Below are positions 22,087 through 32,724 of a DNA stretch of 64,000 bases, piece by piece. The notes beneath the pieces are model-generated. The model searched no databases. It was not told the origin of the DNA and saw nothing but the letters and a program-made list of their open reading frames with translations. How positions within the stretch are numbered: position 1 is the stretch's first letter; each line of letters opens with the position of its first letter. Source of the stretch: Spirochaetaceae bacterium (lineage in GTDB: Bacteria > Spirochaetota > Spirochaetia > DSM-2461); contig JAOPTT010000006.1 of assembly GCA_051531975.1 (NCBI GenBank), positions 352,656-416,655 on the forward strand, read 5' to 3'. A program made the position numbers and the translations under genes.

Positions 22087-22117
22087 AACAGCACTTAATT
22101 ATTTAAGTGCTGTTTTT
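22087..22117 (+). terminator. Intrinsic terminator closing the cyd-rnf operon
   Basis: AACAGCACTTAA-ttat-TTAAGTGCTGTT 12-bp stem with T-run. Confidence 0.85.
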
Positions 22118-22249
22118 ATTTATAATCAAAATTCGTAGTATTAAATAATTCATTTTTTATAGATTTTAATTTATATATAAAAATTTATCTTTTAATTCTT
22201 TATTTTTATATCGATATATATTATACTATTAGCATTAGGGAGCAAAAGT

Positions 22250-22405
22250 ATGAAAAATATTAAAAAAAGATTTAATGACTATTTAGAAAGACTAATTGTA
22301 ATCAACGAAAGAGAATTTGGACATGGAAGTTTGTCTTTATTAACTTTTAATAAAATTAATAAAAGATCAGGTAAGCTTAATTCTTTTTATAAACATCTAT
22401 TTTAA
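22250..22405 (+). CDS. Small ORF (51 aa) not in the ORF track
   Basis: AGGGAG 7 nt before ATG; MKNIKKRFNDYLERLIVINEREFGHGSL... Confidence 0.45.
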   Translation: MKNIKKRFNDYLERLIVINEREFGHGSLSLLTFNKINKRSGKLNSFYKHLF

Positions 22406-23195
22406 AGTCACATTCAATATTCCACTCTTTCTGACTAATAAGGGTCTCAAAATTATTTTTTGATATTTTCCAACCAAATGGGGTCATATCTAAAAGATTT
22501 TGAACCATTTGGCCATCTCTTATATTCATTGTGTAGTGGAGGCTTTCTGAGTTTAATAATTTCAATGTTTTTGACTCGTCATTCTTTGTTGAAAGATTTA
22601 GAACCTCTTTGTAAATAATTTCTCTTAATTGGTATAAGTGTCTATTTCCAGGTGTTACCGTTATTAGATATCCATCTTTCTTAATAACTCTGTTTAGTTC
22701 TGTATCTGAAGATGGAGCGTAGATTCTATATAACAGATCTATACTATTATCTGCGACAGGCATTTCAAAAGCACTAGCAACACAGAAATTAACATCTTTA
22801 TATCTCTTAGAGCCATAACGGACAGCAACTTTGGATATATCTAAGGCTGAAATTATATAAGAGTTTGGTAATTGGTCTGCTAAAATTCCTGTATAATAAC
22901 CTTCACCACAACCTAAATCAAAAATATTAGGATTTTGTCTGTCTTTTAAAAGATCTATTATTAAATCTGTAATCTTTTCTACTAGAGGTTTGTAGTTATT
23001 TGATTCAAGGAATGATCTTCTTGCAAGTGTCATTTTACTATTATCACCAGGATCTTTTGTTTTTTTTGAGTTTATAGGCATAAGATTTACATAACCCTCT
23101 TTTGCCTTATCAAAACAATGTCTATTTATGCAAAGATAAGATCTGTCTACTATCTCTAATTTTTTTTTACAATTAGGGCATATAAATAGACTCAC
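22377..23195 (-). CDS. rlmA: 23S rRNA m1G745 methyltransferase (RlmA family)
   Basis: CPNC..C...HCFD zinc finger, EGYVNL, PGDN..M..ARR.FL, DLGCGEGYY. Confidence 0.9.
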   Translation of the reverse strand: MSLFICPNCKKKLEIVDRSYLCINRHCFDKAKEGYVNLMPINSKKTKDPGDNSKMTLARRSFLESNNYKPLVEKITDLIIDLLKDRQNPNIFDLGCGEGYYTGILADQLPNSYIISALDISKVAVRYGSKRYKDVNFCVASAFEMPVADNSIDLLYRIYAPSSDTELNRVIKKDGYLITVTPGNRHLYQLREIIYKEVLNLSTKNDESKTLKLLNSESLHYTMNIRDGQMVQNLLDMTPFGWKISKNNFETLISQKEWNIECDFKIDVYKKN

Positions 23196-24205
23196 TCTGA
23201 TATACCGTATAGTGTTATTTTATTCTCTTTTCCTCTAAGTTCCTGATCATTATACTCTTCTACTTTGATATTTTGAGGGATAGATATACTTTTATATAAC
23301 TCTTCAGATATTAGAAAAGACTCGTTTAGTTTTCCACATTGACTTTCTATTCTTGCAGTTGTATTTAAAACATCACCCATGTAAGAGATCTCTTTTTTTA
23401 AGTTACCTATTTCTCCTGTAACAACAATACCACCGTGTATACCGGCTTTAAACTCAGGGAATATTCCATATTTTTTTAGATAATAATTTTTTCTTTTTCC
23501 TACTGACTTTTTTATTTGAAAGAAACAACTTAAACAACTGGCATTTTTTATCCCTTTGTTAAAGTTCCAGCAGATAATTGCCTCATCACCAACATATTTA
23601 TATATTTCACCCTTTGAATACAGAACCGGAGCCGATAGGTCAAAAAAGAAATCATTTATAAATGACATGAATTTTAGGTGACCAAGTTTTTCTGCAATAG
23701 TTGTTGATGATTTAACATCTATGAACATGAATATTTTCTTTTCTTCTCTTGGGGTTCTATATCTACCAAATATGATTTTCATTAATACTCCTTTACCAAG
23801 AAGTGAGTTAATCATGATTAAAGATATGAAAAGAAACGTTAATAATATAGAAAATCTAAAACCTCTAAAAAATGCTGATTCATTTATAATATCAGAGAAT
23901 GACATTCCATTAACAATAGAGTTTGTAGTTAATACAACTATAAAAATTGATGAGTAAGATATAACTTTAATGAACAGTAGAGGAAGAAATTTTAGCTTGG
24001 AAGTTGAGTTGTCCAGTATTGTCACTTCAAGAATATTAATTGAAGATCCTATAACAAGCCCAGTCAATCCTCCAGATACTAAAGTTAATAAACTCAAGTT
24101 TTCAAAAAAATTATAAATGGTGAAGGATAAACCTCCAATAAAAGATGATATTCCTACAATTATAATCATTTTTATTCTATGTTTTGTAATTTCATTTATT
24201 ACCAT
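23192..24205 (-). CDS. Membrane-anchored class III adenylate/guanylate cyclase
   Basis: About four N-terminal TMs; FIDVKSST, KYVGDE, GIHGG, GDVLNTTARIES. Confidence 0.9.
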   Translation of the reverse strand: MVINEITKHRIKMIIIVGISSFIGGLSFTIYNFFENLSLLTLVSGGLTGLVIGSSINILEVTILDNSTSKLKFLPLLFIKVISYSSIFIVVLTTNSIVNGMSFSDIINESAFFRGFRFSILLTFLFISLIMINSLLGKGVLMKIIFGRYRTPREEKKIFMFIDVKSSTTIAEKLGHLKFMSFINDFFFDLSAPVLYSKGEIYKYVGDEAIICWNFNKGIKNASCLSCFFQIKKSVGKRKNYYLKKYGIFPEFKAGIHGGIVVTGEIGNLKKEISYMGDVLNTTARIESQCGKLNESFLISEELYKSISIPQNIKVEEYNDQELRGKENKITLYGISE

Positions 24206-25697
24206 TGTAGTCCTTTAAAAAATATGAATGATTTGCATTAAATATAGGAGGTGTCCTATTCAGGATCTCTTTAATATAAATATTTGATTTAAATTCTTTT
24301 TTAAAAAAGTTTCTAACATCTTTTCTATTCCAACCTTTTGGGTGGTTAAAACCGGAATATAAACTTAAGTCCGCATCTGAAAACTTATATGTCTCTTGCT
24401 CTCTAGCTATATCGCTATCTATTGGAAGATTAAAAATAGCCATATTTAAGTATGTTACATATTTATGATACTTAATAATAAAGTTCATAGTTTTTTTTGC
24501 AGATAAATAATCTTCTGTTGGAGTTCCAAATAGCAGATAGATAAATGTCTCTATACCGGCCTCTTTAAGGTTTTCTAGAATTATTATTACATCTTCAAGG
24601 TGAATACCTTTATTCATGTTATCAAGAACGTTTTGATCCCCAGACTCTAATCCAAGTTTTAACATGTAACAGCCCTTTGTTTTTAATAGCTTACAGAAGT
24701 TTTTATCTTTTAAATGAGAGTAAAACTTAGTAAAACCGTACCAGGGTATTTTATTCTCTGATTGTGAAATTGCATTCAGTACAGATGGATTAATTTCGTT
24801 ATCAAGAAAATGAAATAGGGCTGGATTATATCTACGTGTTAGGTAATCCATTTCCTCTAAAACATGTGGTGTCTTTTTAGATATAAACGGGTTATCCTCT
24901 GCTTTTTCAGGGCAGAACGTACATTTTTTCCAACTGCAACCTAATGAGCCGCTAATAGGTATGATCTTCCCAGGGCTGAAATAACTATAATCATCTGTAA
25001 AATCATAATCAGGCTTCAATGATTGTAGTTTATTTTTATCTGGGATCACATTAAGATACTCTAATAGTTGAATCTCTCCAGGACCTATCATTATTTTATC
25101 AATAATACCGGAAAATGGATCAAGCCAGTGGGGAGATTTTGCCCATGAAGTTATTAAACCACCACCTAAAACTATTTTGATATTTGAGTAGTTATCTTTT
25201 AAATATCCGATTAGTGCAAATGTAGATACTGCCTGATTCAGATATTGAAGTGATATACCAATTGTATCTGTTGGGTTTGTTTCTAAAATCTGTGGGATTC
25301 TTTTTGTATAATAATCATAAAAAGGATTTTTTTTATATTCTCTTGCTGCTTTTATCAGGTCATTGCTTTTTAAGGCATCAAAGTCTCTGCTAATATAATT
25401 GGCTAGAGTTATAGATGTATTGCTATTCAGGGTATCGTTTAAACCTTTAGTTAATTCGTTAATAACTTTTATATAAGTATCAAAGTTTTTATAACCATCT
25501 TTTGACTGAATTAAGTCTCTGTTATGTTCTTTTTTAGGGTGTTTTTCGAAATACCTATTTAAAAGAAATTCCTGACCTTCGTAGTTCATGTCTACGATTT
25601 TATATGGGATATTGTGTGCTTTTAAAGCACCACCTAAAATAGGTAAGCCACCTGGGGGTTCACATGCTTTAGCCACCGGTGGGAATATTAATAACAT
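24192..25697 (-). CDS. Cobalamin-binding-type radical SAM protein
   Basis: N-terminal LIFPP..PP.G, CSWKKCTFC, GLESG, LFGTPTE. Confidence 0.85.
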   Translation of the reverse strand: MLLIFPPVAKACEPPGGLPILGGALKAHNIPYKIVDMNYEGQEFLLNRYFEKHPKKEHNRDLIQSKDGYKNFDTYIKVINELTKGLNDTLNSNTSITLANYISRDFDALKSNDLIKAAREYKKNPFYDYYTKRIPQILETNPTDTIGISLQYLNQAVSTFALIGYLKDNYSNIKIVLGGGLITSWAKSPHWLDPFSGIIDKIMIGPGEIQLLEYLNVIPDKNKLQSLKPDYDFTDDYSYFSPGKIIPISGSLGCSWKKCTFCPEKAEDNPFISKKTPHVLEEMDYLTRRYNPALFHFLDNEINPSVLNAISQSENKIPWYGFTKFYSHLKDKNFCKLLKTKGCYMLKLGLESGDQNVLDNMNKGIHLEDVIIILENLKEAGIETFIYLLFGTPTEDYLSAKKTMNFIIKYHKYVTYLNMAIFNLPIDSDIAREQETYKFSDADLSLYSGFNHPKGWNRKDVRNFFKKEFKSNIYIKEILNRTPPIFNANHSYFLKDYNGNK

Positions 25698-25719
25698 GAC
25701 TTCAATATATCGTATGGGT

Positions 25720-25751
25720 AAAAAAAAAGCTACCGGGATTAACCGATAGCT
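25720..25751 (-). terminator. Intrinsic terminator after ilvC
   Basis: AGCTAYCGG stem (one G-U on the - strand) with a 9-nt U-tract. Confidence 0.75.
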
Positions 25752-25776
25752 CTGTTATTATTCTTAATTAAATCTA

Positions 25777-27243
25777 TTAAAGAATTGCCTTCATAGCAGT
25801 CATGTAACCTCTTAGTTTATCACCTACAATTTCTACAGGATGATTTCTAATAGATTTGTTAACTTCAATTAATTTAACATTATCAACACCAGTATCTGTA
25901 GTTGTTAAACCTTTACCACAAACGTCAGTATTAATTTTAGACATAAAATCTTTTAATAATGGCTCACAAGCATTTGCAAATAGGTAACAACCATACTCAG
26001 CAGTATCAGAAATAACGACATTCATTTCGTATAATTTCTTTCTAGCAATTGTATTAGCTATTAGCGGAGTTTCGTGTAGTGATTCATAATATGCAGACTC
26101 TGCTATAATTCCAGAGTTCGTCATAGCTTCAAATGCTAATTCAACACCAGCTTTAACCATAGCAACCATAAGAATACCGTTATCGTAGTATTCTTGTTCA
26201 CTAATTTCGATATCTCCACAAGTAGACTTTTCAAATGCTGTCTCACCAGTTGCTTTTCTCCAACCCAGTAAGTTTTTATCATCATTTGCCCAGTCTTCCA
26301 TCATTGTTTTTGAGAACTCACCACCGATAATATCATCCATGTGTTTATTGTATAGATCTCTCATAATATCTTTTAACTCTACTGATAAGTCATAAGCTTT
26401 AATTTTTGCAGGATTAGAAAGTCTATCCATCATGTTAGTTATACCACCATGTTTTAAACCTTCTGTAATTGTTTCCCAACCGTATTGAATAAACTTTGAA
26501 ACATATCCTTGGTCCATTCCGTCAGCTATCATTTTGTTGTAACAAAGAATAGAACCAACTTGTAACATACCACATAAAATAGTTTGCTCACCCATTAAGT
26601 CAGATTTAACCTCGGCAACAAATGATGATTCTAAACAACCAGCTCTGTCCCCTCCAGTTCCGGAAGCATATGCTTTTGCAATATCCCACCCCTCACCTTT
26701 TGGATCATTTTCTCTGTGTACTGCAATTAATGTTGGAACACCAAAACCACGTTTATACTCTTCACGAACCTCAGTTCCTGGAGATTTAGGTGCAACCATA
26801 ATAACTGTTATATCTTTTCTTATTTGCATTCCCTCTTCAACAACGTTAAAACCGTGTGAATATGCTAATGCTGAATCTTTTTTCATGTGTGGCATAACAG
26901 CAGTAACTACTTTAGAGTGCTGTTTATCTGGAGTAAGGTTAATTACTAAATCAGCTGTTGGTAACATTTCTTCATAAGTTCCAACTTTAAATCCATTTTC
27001 TGAAGCATTTAAAAAGGATTGTCTTTTTTCTGATATAGCTGCTGCTCTTAGTGTATATGAAACATCTAAACCACTATCTCTAAGGTTTAAACCCTGATTT
27101 AGGCCCTGAGCACCACACCCAACAATTACAATTTTTTTACCTTTTAGCTTTTCAACACCGTTGAATTCTGATCTATCCATGAAACGACACTTTCCTAGTT
27201 CGTTTAACTGTAATCTTAATGGTAATGTATTAAAATAATTCAT
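25777..27243 (-). CDS. ilvC: Ketol-acid reductoisomerase, long (class II) form
   Basis: [42 protein letters not shown]; 488 aa. Confidence 0.97.
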   Translation of the reverse strand: MNYFNTLPLRLQLNELGKCRFMDRSEFNGVEKLKGKKIVIVGCGAQGLNQGLNLRDSGLDVSYTLRAAAISEKRQSFLNASENGFKVGTYEEMLPTADLVINLTPDKQHSKVVTAVMPHMKKDSALAYSHGFNVVEEGMQIRKDITVIMVAPKSPGTEVREEYKRGFGVPTLIAVHRENDPKGEGWDIAKAYASGTGGDRAGCLESSFVAEVKSDLMGEQTILCGMLQVGSILCYNKMIADGMDQGYVSKFIQYGWETITEGLKHGGITNMMDRLSNPAKIKAYDLSVELKDIMRDLYNKHMDDIIGGEFSKTMMEDWANDDKNLLGWRKATGETAFEKSTCGDIEISEQEYYDNGILMVAMVKAGVELAFEAMTNSGIIAESAYYESLHETPLIANTIARKKLYEMNVVISDTAEYGCYLFANACEPLLKDFMSKINTDVCGKGLTTTDTGVDNVKLIEVNKSIRNHPVEIVGDKLRGYMTAMKAIL

Positions 27244-27404
27244 AATATAATCTCCTAATAAATAATATAATATTATACTTTACAAAGTGACTCAAGAAGA
27301 AATTGCTGTTTGGATGGTGTTATATTTGAAAGACATAGTTCCATTTATCGCAATAACATATTATGATTATCCCTAAAATTGGAATATTTAAAATAGAGGT
27401 ATAG

Positions 27405-28256
27405 ATGAAAATAGCTGTTCTGGCTGATATTCATGGAAACTTACAAGCGTTAGAAGTTGTATTAACCCATGCAAAAGAACATAAAGTAGACAAATATATT
27501 ATTGCTGGAGATATGATTACAGACTGCCCATCAAACAATACTGTTTTAAAAAAAATGATGATGTTGGACGCATATATTATTAAAGGTAATAGAGAAGATT
27601 ATATATTAAATGAAATAAATTCAGACAAAAATGAATGGATTGGACTGAAACAGATGGAGTCGGTTTTATGGGCTAAAAATCAATTAAAAAAAATTCATTT
27701 AGATTGGATTAAATCTTTACCTGATAATTTAAGTATTTCATTTAAAAATATGGATTCTATTTTACTTGTACACGGCTCTCCTGATAATCAGTTTGAACTT
27801 CTATATCCACATAATTTGGAAAGATTAACTGAGATTGCAAATAATATTCAAGAGCAAGTATTGATTTGTGGGCACTCACACACCCCATGGGAAAGTCGAA
27901 TCAATAATAAACTAATTTTAAATCCTGGTTCTGTTGGTGTAGCATTTAATAAAAATGTAGCTGCTGATTATGGAATAATAGAATGGGATGAAAACAGATG
28001 GAATGTAGAACACTATTCTATACCATACGATATAAAGAGCCTAGAAAATGACTTTTTATCTAATAATACTAACCACTTTATATGGAGTAGACTAATAATT
28101 CAAAGTATAAAAGATGGAAAAAATAGAAATATTGAATTCATAAAATTGGTCCAAGAAATTATGGATAATCAAGGTCTTAAACAAGGTAAATATTTTCCAA
28201 ATGACATTTGGGAAGAAGCTATAAACAAATGGGAGGACATATATCCCCCCACTTAA
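27405..28256 (+). CDS. Metallophosphoesterase (calcineurin-like)
   Basis: DIHGN, GD, GNRE, HGSP, GHSH, NPGSVG. Confidence 0.9.
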   Translation: MKIAVLADIHGNLQALEVVLTHAKEHKVDKYIIAGDMITDCPSNNTVLKKMMMLDAYIIKGNREDYILNEINSDKNEWIGLKQMESVLWAKNQLKKIHLDWIKSLPDNLSISFKNMDSILLVHGSPDNQFELLYPHNLERLTEIANNIQEQVLICGHSHTPWESRINNKLILNPGSVGVAFNKNVAADYGIIEWDENRWNVEHYSIPYDIKSLENDFLSNNTNHFIWSRLIIQSIKDGKNRNIEFIKLVQEIMDNQGLKQGKYFPNDIWEEAINKWEDIYPPT

Positions 28257-28257
28257 G

Positions 28258-29706
28258 TTATTTAACTGCTACTTGTGCTTGATCAAATTTAACTAATACT
28301 TCTTCTGAAGGTTTTTTAGTTAGAAGACTAACAATTATAATTATTATAAAAGAAATTATAAAACCTGGCAGAAGTTCATAGAAGTATTCACCATCTATTT
28401 TAATGAAGTTTTTAACAATAAAAATAATGGCTGCTCCAGATATTATACCTGCAAATGCACCCCATTTTGTTGTTCTCCTCCAACATACAGAGAGTATTAT
28501 TAGTGGACCAAATGCAGCTCCAAAACCACCCCATGCATACCCAACCATTGATAGGATAGAACCTGAGTCTTTTAATGCAATTAGAAATGCCAATAAAGCA
28601 AACCCTACTACACCAAAACGACTAATCCAACTTTTTCTTTTTTCATCAAGTTTCGCTATTGCTGGAATATCTTCTGTTAAACTAGAGGTCAGAACTAATA
28701 ATTGGGAATCAGCTGTAGACATTACTGCTGCTAAAACTGCTGCAAGAACAAAACCAGAGAATACTGGATGAAATAGAGCTGTAGTTAATGCTAAAAATAT
28801 TCTTTCTGAATTCTCAGAAACACCATCTAATGGGGTTATACCGTTATATCCAATACCTATAATACCAATGATTGTTGATAAAATAAGACAGATAACCATC
28901 CAGCTAATACCAATTCTTCTAGCTTTTGGAACTGATTTAACATCTTTAATACCTATAAATCTAGACAGTATATGTGGTTGACCAAAATATCCAAAACCCC
29001 ATGCCATTAAAGAAGCACCAGTTATAAAAGTTGTTGTAAATTTAAAAGCAGAAGCATTTGAAGCTAATATCATATCTGTACTTCCACTTATTGCGACATA
29101 ACCTAATATTGCTGTAAATACTAAAGCAGTTAACATTAAAAGACCTTGAATTAAGTCTGTCCAACAAACTGCCATATAACCACCTAAAAATGTATATGAA
29201 ACAACAACTAAAGTTGTAATTATTAAAGCTGTATTTTCTGACGCTTTAAAAGTATATGAAAATAGTAATGTACCACCTTTTAATCCAGATGCTACATAAA
29301 GTGTAAAAAAAGCTAAAATAACAATAGTTGAAATTATTTTTAACAGACCTGATCTGTCTTCAAAACGATTTGATATATATGTTGGTAGAGTAATTGCATC
29401 TAGTTTTTCAGTTAAGAATCTTAGTCTACCAGCTACAATTAACCAGTTAAGATATGCTCCAATAACAAGTCCAAGGGATATCCATATACCTTCAACTAAA
29501 CCGCTTGCATAAACTGCTCCAGGAAGACCTAATAATAGCCAACTAGACATATCTGATGCTCCGGCACTAATTGCTGTAACAGCTGGCCCTAAAGTTCTAC
29601 CACCTATAATAAAATCATTGTTGTTTTTGGTTTTTTTTAAGGATACATACCCAATTAGTAGCATAAATGCTAGGTATAATCCAAACTCCACATAGTATAA
29701 TATCAT
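28258..29706 (-). CDS. putP: Sodium/proline symporter
   Basis: GGRTLG, SAGASDMSSWL, WTDLIQG, GYFGQPHI, AAVMSTADSQL. Confidence 0.92.
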   Translation of the reverse strand: MILYYVEFGLYLAFMLLIGYVSLKKTKNNNDFIIGGRTLGPAVTAISAGASDMSSWLLLGLPGAVYASGLVEGIWISLGLVIGAYLNWLIVAGRLRFLTEKLDAITLPTYISNRFEDRSGLLKIISTIVILAFFTLYVASGLKGGTLLFSYTFKASENTALIITTLVVVSYTFLGGYMAVCWTDLIQGLLMLTALVFTAILGYVAISGSTDMILASNASAFKFTTTFITGASLMAWGFGYFGQPHILSRFIGIKDVKSVPKARRIGISWMVICLILSTIIGIIGIGYNGITPLDGVSENSERIFLALTTALFHPVFSGFVLAAVLAAVMSTADSQLLVLTSSLTEDIPAIAKLDEKRKSWISRFGVVGFALLAFLIALKDSGSILSMVGYAWGGFGAAFGPLIILSVCWRRTTKWGAFAGIISGAAIIFIVKNFIKIDGEYFYELLPGFIISFIIIIIVSLLTKKPSEEVLVKFDQAQVAVK

Positions 29707-29746
29707 ATTTACTCTCCTAAAAAATTAGATAATAAATTATATATTT

Positions 29747-29764
29747 TTGTGAAAAATTACACAA
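29747..29764. promoter_or_regulatory. Palindromic operator candidate (Rex- or CRP-like)
   Basis: TTGTGAAAAATTACACAA, one mismatch from TTGTGAA-N4-TTCACAA. Confidence 0.4.
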
Positions 29765-30022
29765 CTATGTATAAACTTTTTATTATTTGTGTGTTTTTAT
29801 GAAAATATTATATTATTTTGTATAATATTAAAATCTTACATGAAAGTAACGTTTATTTGTAAAATAGAGCAAATTTTAATAGAAAACACATATATGTAGT
29901 TATAAAAATCGATAATAGCAAATTAAACAACATAAAAGTAGCTATATTAATCATAAGTGTTATTTGACTCGTTGGTTCAAATGGGGTAATATCTTTTTGT
30001 ATATTTATACAAGGAGTAAATT

Positions 30023-30814
30023 ATGAAAAAAAATATTTTGGTAGCGCTATTTTGTCTTGCTGCAATAGTGTCTGTACAGGCAAAAGGTACAAATGAAGTA
30101 GAAGTTTCATCACTTAATTTGATGAAAGCAGACACATTAACTATTGGTGTCGAAATTGGTTACCCACCTTTCGAAGATTTTGCAAAAGATGGTGTTACAC
30201 CTATGGGTTACGATATTGACTTCGCTAAAGCACTTGGTGAAAAATTAGGAAAAGAGATAGTATTTATCAATACAGCATGGGACGGTATCTTTCAAGGTAT
30301 TGGTGTTAATTATGATGTAGCAATTTCTGCAATTACTATTACAGAAGAGAGAAAAGATACAATGGATTTTTCTAGTCCTTATATCGATAATTATCAAGCA
30401 ATTGTTCTTAGAGCTGATTCTGATATAACAATTGATAGTTTTTTAGATCTTGAAGGTTTTGCAATGGCAGTTCAAAAAGAGACTACTTCGGATATTCTTA
30501 TTTCTGATTACCTTTCTACAGGTTCATTAACTGGTACACTTGCACAAAATGAAAAAGTTATTACTTGTTTTACACAACTTGAAAACAAAGAGATTGATGT
30601 TGCAATTGTTGACTCAACTGTTGCTACTGCTCAGGTTGGTAAATATCCAGATAAATTCAAAATAGCATTTCTTGATACTAATGAAGCGGAACAATTTGGT
30701 GTTGCAATAAAAAAAGGAAACACTGAATTACAAACTGCTATCGATACAGCTATTGCTGAGTTAAAAGCAGAAGGTTTCTTTACTGAGATCATTGAATACT
30801 GGTTTGGTTCGTAA
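30023..30814 (+). CDS. Polar amino-acid ABC transporter substrate-binding protein
   Basis: Signal peptide; YPPFE, GYDID, ITITEERK..DFS.PY (SBP family 3). Confidence 0.92.
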   Translation: MKKNILVALFCLAAIVSVQAKGTNEVEVSSLNLMKADTLTIGVEIGYPPFEDFAKDGVTPMGYDIDFAKALGEKLGKEIVFINTAWDGIFQGIGVNYDVAISAITITEERKDTMDFSSPYIDNYQAIVLRADSDITIDSFLDLEGFAMAVQKETTSDILISDYLSTGSLTGTLAQNEKVITCFTQLENKEIDVAIVDSTVATAQVGKYPDKFKIAFLDTNEAEQFGVAIKKGNTELQTAIDTAIAELKAEGFFTEIIEYWFGS

Positions 30815-30822
30815 GATTAACC

Positions 30823-31866
30823 ATGAAAGATTTCCTAAAAAAACTAATTAACATTAGAGAATGGGAACAATCTGCAAAAACAACTGCCAAAGTTATTATG
30901 GCAGTTGCTTTTGTTTTATTTGTTCTTTCAATTATAAATGTATCCCAGTCAGATATGACACAAAGTGCTTCTGAGCATATAATAGAAACTATCGAAAAAG
31001 AAAAAGATAGTTCAAGAAAACGGGTATCTATAACATATAATGATTTTAAATTTATAAGTTATATGTCTTTTTCTTCATCTGGAGCTAAACCTTTTAATGA
31101 AGCATATGTAGGCTTTGCAGGTAAAATTTTTGAAGCTAATAATGGTTTTGGTAAGTTTACTGGTCAGATGGTTAACTACACCTATCGAATGCTTGGAATT
31201 AAACAAAACCTTTTACACGGTGTAAAACTAACACTGTTATTAACTACACTATCTATTCTTATAGGTTTTGTATTTAGTATATTTCTTGCTTTAGGTAAGA
31301 TTTCAACCAACAAAATAGTTAGTGCTATTAGTAAGGCATATATATTTTTCTTCCGTGGAACACCACTACTAATACAATTATTTGTTATTTACTTTTCAAT
31401 ACCAAGTATATTTGGCTTTTCATGGAGAGGTCTATTTGATGTTACTGATCCTGAAGCTGTATATAAAGGAGCTTTTTTAGCTGCTTTAATAGCATTTACA
31501 CTAAATGCAGCAGCTTATTGTGCAGAGATCGTTCGAGGAGCTATACAGTCTATAGATAAAGGACAACATGAGGCTTCAAAAACTCTTGGTCTTGGTTATG
31601 TACAAACAATGACCCACATCATTCTACCCCAAGCAACCCGTAGAATGATACCACCACTTTGTAATGAGTTTATTATGATGATTAAGGATGTTTCTCTTGT
31701 TTTTGCAATTTCTTTAATGGATATAACTACTATTTCTAAAACAATTATGACTAGTGAAGGAAGTTATTTGGTATTCCTGCCTGCCCTTATTATTTATTTA
31801 ATTGTAACCGGAATATTTACTTGGTTATTTGGTATGTTAGAAGAGAGGTTATCAGTCTATGAATAA
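30823..31866 (+). CDS. Polar amino-acid ABC transporter permease with N-terminal extension
   Basis: [25 protein letters not shown]...LG, ILPQA. Confidence 0.92.
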   Translation: MKDFLKKLINIREWEQSAKTTAKVIMAVAFVLFVLSIINVSQSDMTQSASEHIIETIEKEKDSSRKRVSITYNDFKFISYMSFSSSGAKPFNEAYVGFAGKIFEANNGFGKFTGQMVNYTYRMLGIKQNLLHGVKLTLLLTTLSILIGFVFSIFLALGKISTNKIVSAISKAYIFFFRGTPLLIQLFVIYFSIPSIFGFSWRGLFDVTDPEAVYKGAFLAALIAFTLNAAAYCAEIVRGAIQSIDKGQHEASKTLGLGYVQTMTHIILPQATRRMIPPLCNEFIMMIKDVSLVFAISLMDITTISKTIMTSEGSYLVFLPALIIYLIVTGIFTWLFGMLEERLSVYE

Positions 31867-32647
31867 AGATAATAAGAAAAACAAATATGAGTATCTAATA
31901 AGAACAGAGAAGTTATGTAAATCTTTTGGTCCACTAGAGGTTTTAAAAGATGTAGACCTTTCTGTTAAAAAGGGAGAAGTAATATGTATTATTGGTCCCT
32001 CTGGTGCTGGTAAATCAACATATTTACGATCTTTAATACACCTAGAAGAGATTACTAGTGGTAAAATATTTATTGAAGATGAACTTTTTTTAGATAGAAA
32101 ACATAATAAAACTATACATAGAGCCCCACAAGATCAGCAAAAAGCTATGCTTCTTGAAATGGGTATGGTGTTTCAATCTTTTAACCTATTTCCTCATAAA
32201 ACGGTTCTTCAAAATGTTATTATGGCTCCACAGCTTATTCGTAAAAAATCACGTTTAGAAGCTGAGGCAGCTGGTAGTAAACTTATAGAGCGTGTTGGAT
32301 TATCTGATAAGCTTGATGTTTATCCTAGTAAATTATCTGGAGGTCAAAAGCAACGTGTAGCAATTGCCCGTGCTCTAGCTATGGAACCTGAGATTATGTT
32401 ATTTGATGAACCAACTAGTGCACTTGATCCTGAACTTGTAGGTGAAGTTTTACTAGTAATGAAAGATTTAGCTAAACAAGGTATGACTATGATCTGTGTA
32501 ACCCATGAAATGGGATTTGCAAGAGAAGTAGCTGATCGTGTTGTATTTATGTCGGATGGAATGATTTTAGAAGAAGCAAGTCCAACTGTATTATTTGAAA
32601 ACCCCAAACATGAAAAGACAAAAAACTTTCTTAAAAATGTGTTATAA
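31859..32647 (+). CDS. Polar amino-acid ABC transporter ATPase (GlnQ-like)
   Basis: [35 protein letters not shown]. Confidence 0.95.
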   Translation: MNKDNKKNKYEYLIRTEKLCKSFGPLEVLKDVDLSVKKGEVICIIGPSGAGKSTYLRSLIHLEEITSGKIFIEDELFLDRKHNKTIHRAPQDQQKAMLLEMGMVFQSFNLFPHKTVLQNVIMAPQLIRKKSRLEAEAAGSKLIERVGLSDKLDVYPSKLSGGQKQRVAIARALAMEPEIMLFDEPTSALDPELVGEVLLVMKDLAKQGMTMICVTHEMGFAREVADRVVFMSDGMILEEASPTVLFENPKHEKTKNFLKNVL

Positions 32648-32652
32648 AATTA

Positions 32653-32693
32653 ATTGTACATCAGACTTTAGAATTGTTTAACTGATGTACAAT
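32653..32693. terminator. Inverted repeat between convergent genes
   Basis: ATTGTACATCAG ... CTGATGTACAAT 12-bp arms, 17-nt loop. Confidence 0.55.
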
Positions 32694-32724
32694 AATTTGG
32701 ATGAAACAATTATTCAATATGACT

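Noticed and set aside
27244..27404. IlvY-type operator or attenuator upstream of ilvC
   Set aside because: No adjacent LysR gene, leader peptide or convincing palindrome
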